Assembly: GCA_017935245.1 (NCBI GenBank)
Contig: JAGBHZ010000002.1
Location: forward strand, 27,735-91,734
DNA length: 64,000 bases
Direction: 5' to 3'
Origin: Alphaproteobacteria bacterium
Lineage (GTDB): Bacteria > Pseudomonadota > Alphaproteobacteria > Rs-D84
Part shown: one piece after another, positions 1-10,000 of the stretch
Position numbering within the stretch: position 1 is the first letter of the stretch
Layout: each line of letters begins with the position of its first letter
The notes under the pieces: generated by a model
Database searches by the model: none
What the model saw: the letters and a program-made list of their open reading frames with translations, nothing else
What the model was told of the DNA's origin: nothing
Made by a program: the position numbers and the translations under genes

Positions 1-41
1 GTATTCCACAATTGCACTTTGAACTTTGCACTCTGACTTTG

Positions 42-70
42 AAAAAAATCCCGCGGATTGCGGGATTTTT
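42..70. terminator. Intrinsic terminator hairpin after tatD
   Basis: aaaaatcccgc-ggatt-gcgggattttt, overlapping the tatD stop. Confidence 0.7.
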
Positions 71-827
71 AATATCGAATTTTTGGATACAGTCGTTTTG
101 TATTCTCTTCCAATATGTGTTCCAGTTCGGATAAATTTACCCCCTTAACATCGGCCAGGACCCGCGCGGTTTCAACCACCATTGCCGGTTCGCATGATTT
201 GCCACGGTGTGGCACCGGTGCGCAATATGGGGCATCTGTTTCAATAACAATTCGGTCAATTGGAATTTTGGCAAACGTTTCACGAATATCGCCCGAATTT
301 TTAAATGTCAAAATACCACTGGCCGAAAACATGAATCCACGGTCCAGCATCTTTTTTGCCAAATCCCATGAACTGGTATAGCAATGCATTACTCCACGCA
401 CATCCCCGGTTAAAATGTGGGCGGTGTCATCTTCGGCATCGCGCGTGTGGATTGCGACGGGCAGGGCGCATTTTTTTGCAATTGCCAATTGCCGTTCAAA
501 CAATTCAATCTGTTGCATGCGTGTATCCGCATTATAATGATAATCCAGTCCAATTTCGCCAATTCCCACAACGCGTGGATCGCTTAAAATATCATCGGTT
601 AAATAATCATCTGGATTTGCGTTGACGTATTCTGGATGAATGCCAATCGTACAGAATACATTATCATGCCTGTGCGCGATGTTCAGTGCACCGGGAATAT
701 CGTTTGGATCGGCGGTTGGACAAATCATAACGCCAACACCCGCCGCCATTGCGCATGCAATTGCGCGATCTGCGTCCCCATCGGCACAGTGCCGGTCGGT
801 TAAATGACAGTGTGTATCTATAAACAT
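69..827 (-). CDS. tatD: TatD family deoxyribonuclease
   Basis: FIDTHCHL, IGEIGLDY, IHTRDA, VMHCY and IETDAPY metal-binding motifs. Confidence 0.92.
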   Translation of the reverse strand: MFIDTHCHLTDRHCADGDADRAIACAMAAGVGVMICPTADPNDIPGALNIAHRHDNVFCTIGIHPEYVNANPDDYLTDDILSDPRVVGIGEIGLDYHYNADTRMQQIELFERQLAIAKKCALPVAIHTRDAEDDTAHILTGDVRGVMHCYTSSWDLAKKMLDRGFMFSASGILTFKNSGDIRETFAKIPIDRIVIETDAPYCAPVPHRGKSCEPAMVVETARVLADVKGVNLSELEHILEENTKRLYPKIRY

Positions 828-1723
828 TTTTTTATTTCACTTATTATTTTAAAGATTGCAATTTCCGGTTCCAGGTAAATTCGATTTACATCGGCGATTG
901 CATGCGTTGCAACCGGGTACAAATCGGCCAGTCCAAAATGCGCAATAACATCCAACACAATCGGGTATAATTCCGGCGCCCCCGCAATTTTTTTCGCAAT
1001 TATCATCATGTCGCCGGCATTGCTGCGCGGATTTTTTAGCATATCGATTAAATCGTTGTAAATTTCATCCCCGCCGGATGTTTTCAGGTTTGCGATTTTA
1101 CCAAAACTGCCGTTGGCCAATTTTAAGGTCGCCGTATTAACATCTTCATCTGGCATAAATTTCACACACAGTTCCCGCAACTGTGAAATTGTCAGTGGGC
1201 GCATCTTTTCAACGCGTGCGCGCGAACGCACCGTTGGTAATACATTTGATAATTGATGCACCACTAATAAAAACAGTGTCTGGGCCGGCGGTTCTTCCAG
1301 TAATTTTAATATTGCGTTTGATGCCGCGGTATTCAATTCATCGACCGAGTCGATTAAAATCACACGCCATCCACCCGACATCGATGACATTTGCATTTTA
1401 TCAATCATTGCGCGCACGGTATATACTGAAATAACCTTGCCGTCGGGTTTAGATTTGCCATCTTTGTCGATATTACGCGCCAAATCCACGATAAAGAAGT
1501 CTCCGACATTACCATACACCATTTTTGCAATTTTATATGCCAATGTTGCCTTGCCAATACCACGCGGACCTGTCAACATCCATACTGGATGAATTGGGTG
1601 CGTGTCGCGATTATTCCACGCATCCATAAATGTGCGCAGTGTATCCCCATGTCCCACCAATGTGTCGTTATCCATTGGATGCGGAAAATCATATTCCAAA
1701 GATTTCTTTTTTTTTGGTGCCAT
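818..1723 (-). CDS. holB: DNA polymerase III subunit delta-prime
   Basis: Walker A GPRGIGKAT, IIDSVDELN..ASNAILKLLEEPP, LPTVRSR. Confidence 0.85.
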   Translation of the reverse strand: MAPKKKKSLEYDFPHPMDNDTLVGHGDTLRTFMDAWNNRDTHPIHPVWMLTGPRGIGKATLAYKIAKMVYGNVGDFFIVDLARNIDKDGKSKPDGKVISVYTVRAMIDKMQMSSMSGGWRVILIDSVDELNTAASNAILKLLEEPPAQTLFLLVVHQLSNVLPTVRSRARVEKMRPLTISQLRELCVKFMPDEDVNTATLKLANGSFGKIANLKTSGGDEIYNDLIDMLKNPRSNAGDMMIIAKKIAGAPELYPIVLDVIAHFGLADLYPVATHAIADVNRIYLEPEIAIFKIISEIKKCL

Positions 1724-1725
1724 TT

Positions 1726-2901
1726 TTAAATCCCAAACATAACCCGAATGTTCTTAATTACGCGTCCGATAAATTGAATTTTACGAACACGCTCATTCGC
1801 GACCAGTGGTGCCCGCGCAATAACACGTCCGTTCTGTTCCGCGATTAATTCGCCAATTTCGTCGCCCACACCAATTGGTGCCGCCACCGGTTCATTAAAT
1901 CGGGCCAAGACACGCACATCTTTCAGTCCGTCTTTTTTATCAACTGTGATTGCAAATGGTTTGGCGACCGTTGCGGCAACAGAATCAACCTTGCCGTACC
2001 ATACGGGGATATTTGCAACGGTATCGCCGGGCTTGAAAAACACCTTGGTCATTGTGGTTGAAAAACCATGATTCAGTAATTTTTTCATCTCGTTCGCCAA
2101 TGCATCATGGCCTTTGCCGTTGAATCCGTTAATCACCCCCACCAGGCGTCGTCCACCAACCTTTGCACTGGCCACCATGCCATATCCGCCATCACTTGTA
2201 TGTCCCGTTTTCAGGCCATCCGCCCCCGGCATAATAAACAACAGTTTGTTATAATTCATCGTATGTGTCCGCCCCCATTCCCGACACCAATCGGTTTGGT
2301 GTTCTTCAAATTCAAACCGCTTGGTCGCGAACATCGGATACAGGTCTGGGTAATCACCAATCAAATGCACCGCCAATGTGGCCAGTTCCCGGCTGGTCAT
2401 CAAATTGTTCGGATTTGGCAGGCCACTGGCATTTCCGAACGTGGATTGTTCCATACCGATACTGCGCGCCTTTTGTTCCATCAATTGCGTGAATGCATCT
2501 TCGGATCCGGCCAGTTTTTCCGCCACAACCACGGACGCATCGCCCCCTGATAATACAATCAGGCCCAAAATCAAATCACGCACGGTAATCGTTTGACCCG
2601 CGCTAAGGCAAATCTTGCTTGCTGGGTACCATTTTGGGTCGTTATAGTCTGCATTTTCACTGACCGGGAAACGCGTATCCATTGTAATGTTGCCCGCCGC
2701 CAATTCGTCGAACAACACCGCCAACGTCATCAGTTTTATCATCGATGATGGTGGCATCAATGTATCGGCATTTTTTGCGACAATCTCTGCCCCGGAATCA
2801 TAGTCAATTAAAAATGCAGATTTAGCCTTGGTCTTGAATTCTGTGGCATTTGCCACACCACACGCCAACAATAAAAATAGTGTAAATAATTTCTTTTTCA
2901 T
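1726..2901 (-). CDS. dacA: D-alanyl-D-alanine carboxypeptidase (PBP5/6 family, peptidase S11)
   Basis: Signal peptide, PSSMIK (SxxK), SGGD (SxN variant), KTGHT; start taken at MKKKLF. Confidence 0.9.
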   Translation of the reverse strand: MKKKLFTLFLLLACGVANATEFKTKAKSAFLIDYDSGAEIVAKNADTLMPPSSMIKLMTLAVLFDELAAGNITMDTRFPVSENADYNDPKWYPASKICLSAGQTITVRDLILGLIVLSGGDASVVVAEKLAGSEDAFTQLMEQKARSIGMEQSTFGNASGLPNPNNLMTSRELATLAVHLIGDYPDLYPMFATKRFEFEEHQTDWCREWGRTHTMNYNKLLFIMPGADGLKTGHTSDGGYGMVASAKVGGRRLVGVINGFNGKGHDALANEMKKLLNHGFSTTMTKVFFKPGDTVANIPVWYGKVDSVAATVAKPFAITVDKKDGLKDVRVLARFNEPVAAPIGVGDEIGELIAEQNGRVIARAPLVANERVRKIQFIGRVIKNIRVMFGI

Positions 2902-2980
2902 GTTTTGGAGCATAGCAACAATAAAACCGATTTCCAATATAAATTTTTGAAAAAAAATACCCCACGATTGTGGGGCAAGA

Positions 2981-3439
2981 TTATTTCTGTTTTTGCGGGA
3001 CTTTTTGTGCTTTTATGCTGTCACGCAGATACTGGTAACGTGTTTCAATACTGTCCCTTGTATAAGAATCCAAAATATCCTTGTAATCCCGCAGTGTTCT
3101 GGGCAGACCGCATTTAATGTTGGTCGCCTTCAGTTTTTCTTGATAATAACGATGCACTGGGCGTTGCATATATGGTGTGTGCCCATTCGGTGCAACCGCA
3201 CATTCCTGTGCTTTCTTGTATCCTTGCAGTAATTCGTTGTACGTTGCAACGCGCGCATTCAGTGTGGAATCATTCAAAGATTCGACCGCCACACGTTCGT
3301 TTTTCTTGATACTTTCGCCCGGTGTATAAAGGTCGCCATGTTGGTCACGCACTTGTCTTATCGATATGCCCAAAAATAAGATTATCGGAATAATCAAGCC
3401 GCATGATATGGTTAACACGTCTTTCATTTTGTTCGTCAT
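2981..3439 (-). CDS. Hypothetical membrane-anchored protein
   Basis: RBS-like gagga before ATG 3439, one N-terminal hydrophobic segment, no recognised motif. Confidence 0.6.
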   Translation of the reverse strand: MTNKMKDVLTISCGLIIPIILFLGISIRQVRDQHGDLYTPGESIKKNERVAVESLNDSTLNARVATYNELLQGYKKAQECAVAPNGHTPYMQRPVHRYYQEKLKATNIKCGLPRTLRDYKDILDSYTRDSIETRYQYLRDSIKAQKVPQKQK

Positions 3440-3494
3440 ATTTGTGTCCTCTTGTATTGTGTTTGACAAAATATAGTACAAGTGTATAAATTTG

Positions 3495-4724
3495 TCAATA
3501 TTTTTTTCCAATAAAACAATCATCAATAATATCGACCAATTCCACTTCACAGATTGTGCGCGATATGATGGATACGCCATCAATCTTTACACTAATATCG
3601 TGTGGGCATCGTGCGATGTTGTTTTCTTCGACCAAAACCTGAACGGATTGCCGCAATTGTTTTTGCATAAATTGGGTGCGATTTTTACTCGCCGCGTCAT
3701 TTATTATTTTAACGCGTTGCTTGGAAATTGTGCGATTAACCTGGTTTGGCATAGTTGCCGCAACGGTATTAGGGCGGGGCGAATATGGAAACGCGTGAAT
3801 CTTAATCGGTTTTAATTCACGTACCAGATTCAATGTCTCGTTAAACAGTTTTTCGCTTTCCCCCGGAAATCCACAGATTATATCCCAACTAAATGTTATA
3901 TCATCGCCCGCCATCTGGACCCATTTGCGCACCATGTCCGCGGTATGACGGCGCCGCATAGATTTTAAAATTGTGTCCGATCCCGACTGCATTGAAAAGT
4001 GCATATGTGGCATCATACGTGCATCAGATTTAATCAGGTCTATGATTTTTCCCACCTCCGGCACGGCCGGATCCATCGATGACAGACGCAACCGCCGTAT
4101 CCCCGGCACATCCACCAATAGTTTTTTGCACAAATCAGAAATTAAAAATGCCCGTCCATCATACACCCGTGCATATGATGCGATATCAACCCCGGTTAAG
4201 ACTATTTCGCCGAACCCGGCGTCCACCGCCGCGCGCACGTCGCCCAAGATTTCATCATATTCAAATGAAACCGCGCGTCCACGCAACAATCGTGTTACAC
4301 AGTATGTACAATCATGATTGCAACCATTTTGAATTTGAATAAACTTCTTGGATAATTTTTCATCTGTATCGCGGAAATTGTCAATATGTGCGACCCCAAC
4401 AATATTACACGGTGTGCGCGCCATCGCATCCATATACGCATTTATGTTTCGCTTTTGAAAATTATCGACGACCAAAACATTTTGCAACCCGTTAAACAGT
4501 TCTGGATTTCTGGTTGCCGCACATCCGGTAACAAAAATCGGTGTGTTTTTATTTTCGCGTGCGATGCGCCGAACATATTGGCCCGATTGCCGTTCGGCTT
4601 CTCCTGTAACGGCACAGGTATTGACAACAATTGCCGTTTCCAGGATGTTTTTCAGCATGTTTTGAATCTTTTCAGATTCCAGCGCGTTCAATCGACATCC
4701 AAAAGATATTGTCTTAATACTCAT
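3495..4724 (-). CDS. mtaB: tRNA t6A37 methylthiotransferase (radical SAM)
   Basis: SFGCRLNALESE, NTCAVT, IQNGCNHDCTYC (CxxxCxxC), FPYSPRPNT. Confidence 0.85.
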   Translation of the reverse strand: MSIKTISFGCRLNALESEKIQNMLKNILETAIVVNTCAVTGEAERQSGQYVRRIARENKNTPIFVTGCAATRNPELFNGLQNVLVVDNFQKRNINAYMDAMARTPCNIVGVAHIDNFRDTDEKLSKKFIQIQNGCNHDCTYCVTRLLRGRAVSFEYDEILGDVRAAVDAGFGEIVLTGVDIASYARVYDGRAFLISDLCKKLLVDVPGIRRLRLSSMDPAVPEVGKIIDLIKSDARMMPHMHFSMQSGSDTILKSMRRRHTADMVRKWVQMAGDDITFSWDIICGFPGESEKLFNETLNLVRELKPIKIHAFPYSPRPNTVAATMPNQVNRTISKQRVKIINDAASKNRTQFMQKQLRQSVQVLVEENNIARCPHDISVKIDGVSIISRTICEVELVDIIDDCFIGKKY

Positions 4725-4805
4725 TTTTTTATTTTTCTGCTTGCATTTTTAGTATCTATAAGGCATTATAACCAGGCTAAAAATGATTTCAACAAAGGAT
4801 TTAAA

Positions 4806-5198
4806 ATGGCCCGTACAACAAATTCAGATACATTACCATATGTAGAAAGCCGCTATGAACTGGGGATGTTGGCATCTCAACGTGTTCGTGATTTGAACGG
4901 TGGTGCTGAACCGGTTGTGGAAAAGAACAAGGATAAATTGACGGTTGTTGCCCTGCGCGAAATTGCCAGTGGTAAATTGGATGTAAATGCCGTACGTCAT
5001 GAATTTGTACAATCATACAAAGAAGCGCCCGTATTGGCCGATGGCGAAGAATCCCTGGAAATTGGTACCGAAGATCCATTGCTGCGTGAAATTGATGCGG
5101 AATTGGAAAACACATTGTCGGAAGACATGCCGGTATCGGACGCCGTGGATGTAGTGGATGAAGTAATGGAATCCGACACATCGGTTGACGCAGAATAA
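4806..5198 (+). CDS. rpoZ: RNA polymerase omega subunit with acidic C-terminal tail
   Basis: MART...SRYELGMLASQRVRDL...DKLTVVALREIA; true start 4806, the upstream ORF extension overlaps mtaB. Confidence 0.9.
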   Translation: MARTTNSDTLPYVESRYELGMLASQRVRDLNGGAEPVVEKNKDKLTVVALREIASGKLDVNAVRHEFVQSYKEAPVLADGEESLEIGTEDPLLREIDAELENTLSEDMPVSDAVDVVDEVMESDTSVDAE

Positions 5199-5205
5199 AG
5201 AACCC

Positions 5206-5296
5206 GGAGTCGTCGCATAGTTGGTCTAGTGCGCTACATTGGAAATGTAGTATACTCGCAAGGGTATCATGGGTTCGAATCCCATCGACTCCGCCA
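5206..5296 (+). tRNA. tRNA-Ser(GGA)
   Basis: GGAGTCG/CGACTCC acceptor stem, ctaca-ttGGAaa-tgtag anticodon arm, long variable arm, GGTTCGAATCC, encoded CCA. Confidence 0.97.
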
Positions 5297-5483
5297 CAAA
5301 AATCAAACGCCCCATTGTGGGCGTTTTATTTTTGTGCCGAAATCGGGGTTCGAACCCGAAAAAGCCACGACAGTGGCGTGGGTTCGACAATGAGTAGGTT
5401 TTGCAAACATAGTACGGCAAAACCGTCAGGAATGCCCCACAGCCCCGCCACCCGCGGGGCGAGGGAATACATCGACTCCGCCA
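5297..5483 (+). mobile_element. tRNA-Ser-linked mini-element ending in a 14-bp copy of the tRNA 3' end
   Basis: catcgactccgcca at 5283-5296 repeated at 5470-5483; the interval is packed with hairpins and has no credible ORF. Confidence 0.55.
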
Positions 5484-5521
5484 GGAATAAAAAATACCCC
5501 GCATGGGGTGTTTTTTATTCC
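5484..5521 (+). terminator. Intrinsic terminator after the duplicated tRNA end
   Basis: ggaataaaaaatacccc-gcat-ggggtgttttttattcc. Confidence 0.7.
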
Positions 5522-5835
5522 TGATGATGTCGCAGTGTGGACAACGCGTTCGTAATCTGTGATTCCCGTGTTCAGATTGTAATTAATACAGACGTGTGCT
5601 GTTGGGTTTGATAATAATCGATTCGTTGGTTTTGTAAATGTTTTGTACAACCAGTGGTTGAATAAGTGGTTTTTTATATATAATCTGCTATGATTATTTA
5701 AACACTCCCCCCCGGTATTATAACGATTTGTGGGTGATTAAGACATAAATCTTATAAAAATCGCTTGATTTAAAAAAATAAAACACGCATAATTAGAAAA
5801 GTTTTGTTTTTGCTCGTATTTAAAAAGGAAGGGAT

Positions 5836-6093
5836 ATGTTAAAACATTCATCAGTCTGGGCGGCGATAGACAAATTGGCGACTGGTAAAAGTTTATCGCG
5901 ATCTGGACTGGCGCGATTTTGTGGCCTGGATGCAACAACATTTAATCTTAGCAAGCGTTTTGAGCCATCTGGAAAACCACATTGGCCCGCCATGCTTACC
6001 CTTAGCAAGGTTTTAGATGCCACCGGTGTTACGATGACTGAATTTGGTCGTATGTGTGATGAATGTGCCCAGCAAAATAATGACACCAAATAA
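5836..6093 (+). CDS. Stand-alone Cro/CI-like helix-turn-helix protein
   Basis: VWAAIDKLA...LSRSGLARFCGLDATTFNLSKR...WP resembles the N-terminal HTH of alphaproteobacterial CI/S24-type regulators; RBS aaggaaggg. Confidence 0.7.
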   Translation: MLKHSSVWAAIDKLATGKSLSRSGLARFCGLDATTFNLSKRFEPSGKPHWPAMLTLSKVLDATGVTMTEFGRMCDECAQQNNDTK

Positions 6094-6137
6094 AATACTG
6101 TTTCGATTTGCCCAGATTTTGTGATATAATGCGTATC

Positions 6138-6434
6138 ATGAAAGGATATATTTTTGCAATTTTATTGCTGGGGTTGACCGGATGTATGTCTGGGGCGCCC
6201 GAAAATGAATACGTTGATGCCCCGGTTGAATGCGCGGGCGATTGTTCGGGCGTTGCATTTTCAATGCCAAACGGCAACGATTTGAAACTGGAAACGGCGC
6301 ACCATGTTGTGCATGTCACGGCCCAGCCTGGCACACCATATGCATACTATGTATGGACAGGGGACAAGACGTACGACGATGATCCCGACATTGTTGTGGA
6401 AAATGGCGATGCGTATGTTTTAACAAATGAATAA
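6138..6434 (+). CDS. Hypothetical lipoprotein
   Basis: MKGYIFAILLLGLTGC lipobox. Confidence 0.7.
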   Translation: MKGYIFAILLLGLTGCMSGAPENEYVDAPVECAGDCSGVAFSMPNGNDLKLETAHHVVHVTAQPGTPYAYYVWTGDKTYDDDPDIVVENGDAYVLTNE

Positions 6435-6459
6435 AAAAACGCCCATTTGGGCGTTTTTT
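6434..6459. terminator. Bidirectional terminator between convergent genes
   Basis: aaaaaacgccca-tt-tgggcgtttttt. Confidence 0.75.
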
Positions 6460-8536
6460 ATTCGGCCAATGTTCCCACCGACATTGTAATGCGGCGGATA
6501 CCACTGCTGATTGATTTTTCCTTGTTAATTTTTGCCTTTAATATTTCACCGGTGTGATAAACGTGTGTCCCACCACACAGTTCGCATGAAACATCGCCGG
6601 CGGTTATAACCTTGACTGTGTTGCCGTATTTTTCACCGAATAATGCCATTGCGCCTTTTTTAACGGCGTCGTCCATTGACATTTCTTCGTGTTCAACCGG
6701 CATATCTGCGGCAATCCATTTATTAACCAATTCTTCGACCGCCATTTTTTCGTCCGCCGTCATCGCGCGTCCAAACGAGAAGTCAAATCGAACCGAATCC
6801 GGACTGACCTTAGACCCACGTTGTTCGACATCTTCGTTCAAGACGTGGCGTAACGCCGCCTGTAACAAGTGGGTTGCCGTATGTGCACGTGCGGTTTGTT
6901 GACGTGTTGCCGCGTTGATTACGGGCGAAACGACATCCCCAACCGATACATCTGATTTTAAAACACCCTTGTGTATAACAATGTTATCGACGCGTGCGGC
7001 CTCGGCAACGGTCATGACGACATTGTCGCCGCGCTTTAATTCACCACTGTCGCCAACCTGGCCCCCCTGGGTGCCATAGAACGTTGTTTTATCCAGTGCG
7101 ATTTCAACTTCGTCGCCCGCGTTTGCCGATGAAACAAATTCGCCACCGCGCAGAATAGACAACACACGTGATTCCATTTGGGTTGGGGCGTATTTTGCCG
7201 CATCATCGGTTGCCGCCAGATCCGTTTGTGATTCCCAGAATATACGTGTGCCCTTGGTATTGGCGCGTGAACGTTCTTTTTGTTCTGCCATTGATTTTTC
7301 AAATCCCGCAACATCAACATCTATATTTTTATCGCGTAAAATCATTTGGGTTAAATCCAGCGGGAAACCATACGTGTCAAACAGTTTAAATGCCACATCG
7401 CCCGGCAATATATTGTTGTTCAGTTTTGGCAATTCACTTTCCAGCAATTTCATACCGTTTTGCAGCATGTCTGCAAAAGAATTCTCTTCGTTCTGAATAA
7501 TTTCAACAACACGTTGCTGATTCGCGGCCAGTTCTGGATACGCCGCCCCCATTTCTGTAATCAGCGCCGGATACAGTTTTGACAACAATGCCCCCCGATG
7601 CCCCAGTATTTGTCCATGGCGCATTGCGCGACGCAAGATACGACGAATTACATATCCGCGGTCTGTGTTTGATGGGATAACACCGTCTGCGATTGCGAAT
7701 CCAACCGAACGCAGATGGTCTGTGATAACCTTGAAACTGGCGACGTTTTCCGCTGTTTCGGCAACGCCTGTTATGTCAGACACGGCCCGTTTCAGGTTCA
7801 CAAATAAATCCGTATCATAATTATCTGTTTTACCCTGTAAAATCGATGCGAAACGTTCCAGACCGGCCCCCGTATCAACGTTTTGCTTTGGCAGTGGTGT
7901 CAAATTACCATTTGCATCGCGGTCAAATTGCATGAACACGTCGTTCCAAATTTCGACCCAGCGTCCACCGTCTTCGTCGCTTGACCCCGGCATACCGCCC
8001 GGCAAATCCGCCCCCATGTCATAGTGCATTTCTGTGCACGGACCACATGGGCCGGTATCGCCCGCCGACCACCAGTTATCTTTATCCCCCAATCGAATTG
8101 CATCTTTGCCGGTGATTTTTTTCCATATTTCGGTTGCTTCGTCATCACTGTAATGCGTGGTTACAACGATGCGATTTGGATCCAGACCAAAAACGCGTGT
8201 CAACAATTCCCACGACATTTCGATGGCGCCGGCCTTGAAATAATCACCAAACGACCAATTCCCCAGCATTTCAAAGAACGTATGATGACGACCGTCAAAA
8301 CCCACATCTTCCAGGTCATTGTGTTTGCCACCCGCGCGAATGCATTTCTGAACGTCTGCAACACGTGGCGCAAATGCCGGTTCGGTGCCTTGTAAAATAT
8401 TTTTCCATGGGACCATGCCAGCAACTGTAAATAACAGTGTTGGGTCATTCGGTATCAGTGATGCCGACGGCACAATTTTATGTCCACGCGATTCAAAATA
8501 TTGTAAGAAAGACTTTCTTATATCATCATATGTCAT
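6458..8536 (-). CDS. alaS: Alanyl-tRNA synthetase, short form (about 692 aa, no C-Ala domain)
   Basis: DPTLLFTVAGM, HHTFFEMLGNWSFGDYFK, DTGAGLER, editing motifs HTATHLL and CGGTH; ends right after GIRRI; start at MTYDDIR with RBS aaagga. Confidence 0.95.
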   Translation of the reverse strand: MTYDDIRKSFLQYFESRGHKIVPSASLIPNDPTLLFTVAGMVPWKNILQGTEPAFAPRVADVQKCIRAGGKHNDLEDVGFDGRHHTFFEMLGNWSFGDYFKAGAIEMSWELLTRVFGLDPNRIVVTTHYSDDEATEIWKKITGKDAIRLGDKDNWWSAGDTGPCGPCTEMHYDMGADLPGGMPGSSDEDGGRWVEIWNDVFMQFDRDANGNLTPLPKQNVDTGAGLERFASILQGKTDNYDTDLFVNLKRAVSDITGVAETAENVASFKVITDHLRSVGFAIADGVIPSNTDRGYVIRRILRRAMRHGQILGHRGALLSKLYPALITEMGAAYPELAANQQRVVEIIQNEENSFADMLQNGMKLLESELPKLNNNILPGDVAFKLFDTYGFPLDLTQMILRDKNIDVDVAGFEKSMAEQKERSRANTKGTRIFWESQTDLAATDDAAKYAPTQMESRVLSILRGGEFVSSANAGDEVEIALDKTTFYGTQGGQVGDSGELKRGDNVVMTVAEAARVDNIVIHKGVLKSDVSVGDVVSPVINAATRQQTARAHTATHLLQAALRHVLNEDVEQRGSKVSPDSVRFDFSFGRAMTADEKMAVEELVNKWIAADMPVEHEEMSMDDAVKKGAMALFGEKYGNTVKVITAGDVSCELCGGTHVYHTGEILKAKINKEKSISSGIRRITMSVGTLAE

Positions 8537-8593
8537 GTTGTTTTTCCTTTGATTGTCAGGGGGCATTGTATAAATATTGTTACACGGTTTCAA

Positions 8594-9355
8594 TCATATA
8601 TTTTCAAAAAATCCAAGAAATTTATTTACCATGCCCGTGCACTGGTCGGCATTGGCATGTCGCGTTCCATTAATTTTTATCATTATATAGTTTATCTGGT
8701 TCATATATATTGGGCGCATGTTTGGGTATTTTTTACGCATAAATTCAATAAATCCGTTCCACATGATTAAATCAGTTGGAATATGAAACGGGACATCTGT
8801 TATTATATCCAATACATCATCAATAACAGAATCGACAAACGCGGCATATTCAATTAAATATTTTGTTCGGATAAAAGTACCCGCCATACAAACGTTTGGT
8901 GCGACCTGTACCGTATCCACACCATCAACGGTAAAATCCGTTGGGTTTTGCATTACGCGCAACGCATCCAACAATCGTGATTTAATCACAATTGCATTTC
9001 CCATAACGGCAAAGTTATCATCAGATACACATGGCACACGCGTGTTTGAAACAATGTCATCATCATTTGCAAACATGAACCAATCGGCATGTATTTTTGA
9101 TTTCTCAATGTATCTTAGTATTGCAATTCGTGCACGCATGTGCCCGATATTTTCATCTGTGTTTATGATATGCGCGTTGCCACGAAATCCCATGCGACGT
9201 ATGTCGCGATGTCTTAGTTTTCTGCATGGATTGTCGTTAAAAATTACCAGGGTTACATTTTTTGCCACACGTTTTAATCCTGAAATTGATATGTTCAGGA
9301 ATTCATGATTAAACGTCGTCAGCCCGACAACAAGATTGCTTTTATTGCGCCCCAT
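8594..9355 (-). CDS. Divergent GT-A fold (GT2-like) glycosyltransferase-like protein
   Basis: N-terminal VVGLTTFN strand, NIG..ARI and FMFANDDD (DxD-like) motif. Confidence 0.5.
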   Translation of the reverse strand: MGRNKSNLVVGLTTFNHEFLNISISGLKRVAKNVTLVIFNDNPCRKLRHRDIRRMGFRGNAHIINTDENIGHMRARIAILRYIEKSKIHADWFMFANDDDIVSNTRVPCVSDDNFAVMGNAIVIKSRLLDALRVMQNPTDFTVDGVDTVQVAPNVCMAGTFIRTKYLIEYAAFVDSVIDDVLDIITDVPFHIPTDLIMWNGFIEFMRKKYPNMRPIYMNQINYIMIKINGTRHANADQCTGMVNKFLGFFENI

Positions 9356-9436
9356 GCATGGATTCTAAATAAAACTTTCAAAAATTGCAATTTAATACTG
9401 AATTATGATATAATGATGGTTATCAGGGGGAAAAAG

Positions 9437-9916
9437 ATGAAATCGCGACTGGTTATGGCAATTTGTTTATTGACGGGGATAATAATTATGTCGTCGTTTA
9501 ATCTGCAACTGGACCCGGTTGATATAAAAACAATTATCCCAGAATCGATGTCTGCAAACGTTTTATACATTTGCCCCGTGGCCAGTTCGATTTGGGATCC
9601 CATTGCCGCCGGATTTTCTCAGTTTTCACGTGCCTTTAAAATATTGTTTTCGTTTTGTTTGATTGTTGTTCTGTTTATGTGGGGATGGGCATTGTACCAG
9701 AATTTATTAAAGGATAAATTTGACGGCGATAAATATAAACAGCCATGGACCGCGACCAAGTTGATGTTTTGGGGTGTTGTAATAATATTAATGTTAACGA
9801 TGACGCCGAATTATTTTAGAACTGTACGCATAAATGGCGTTAATACAAATTATGTCCTGTGCGAAGCAGGCGAAGCTAATTCCACCGCCGTACGTGCCGA
9901 CATTGTTTCGCACTAA
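9437..9916 (+). CDS. Hypothetical membrane protein
   Basis: About three hydrophobic segments, purine-rich RBS before ATG 9437. Confidence 0.65.
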   Translation: MKSRLVMAICLLTGIIIMSSFNLQLDPVDIKTIIPESMSANVLYICPVASSIWDPIAAGFSQFSRAFKILFSFCLIVVLFMWGWALYQNLLKDKFDGDKYKQPWTATKLMFWGVVIILMLTMTPNYFRTVRINGVNTNYVLCEAGEANSTAVRADIVSH

Positions 9917-9971
9917 TATTTGTACAAATTTGTCAAAAAACCAAAAAAATCATGCTTTTTTAATTATGCGC

Positions 9972-10000
9972 TTGACTTAAAGCGCGGATTTCTCTACGAT
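9972..10000 (+). promoter_or_regulatory. Sigma70-like promoter for hup, implying a leader of about 150 nt
   Basis: TTGACT-17-TACGAT. Confidence 0.55.

Noticed and set aside
4386-4805. N-terminal extension of the rpoZ ORF
   Set aside because: It overlaps mtaB on the opposite strand; omega homology begins at 4806.
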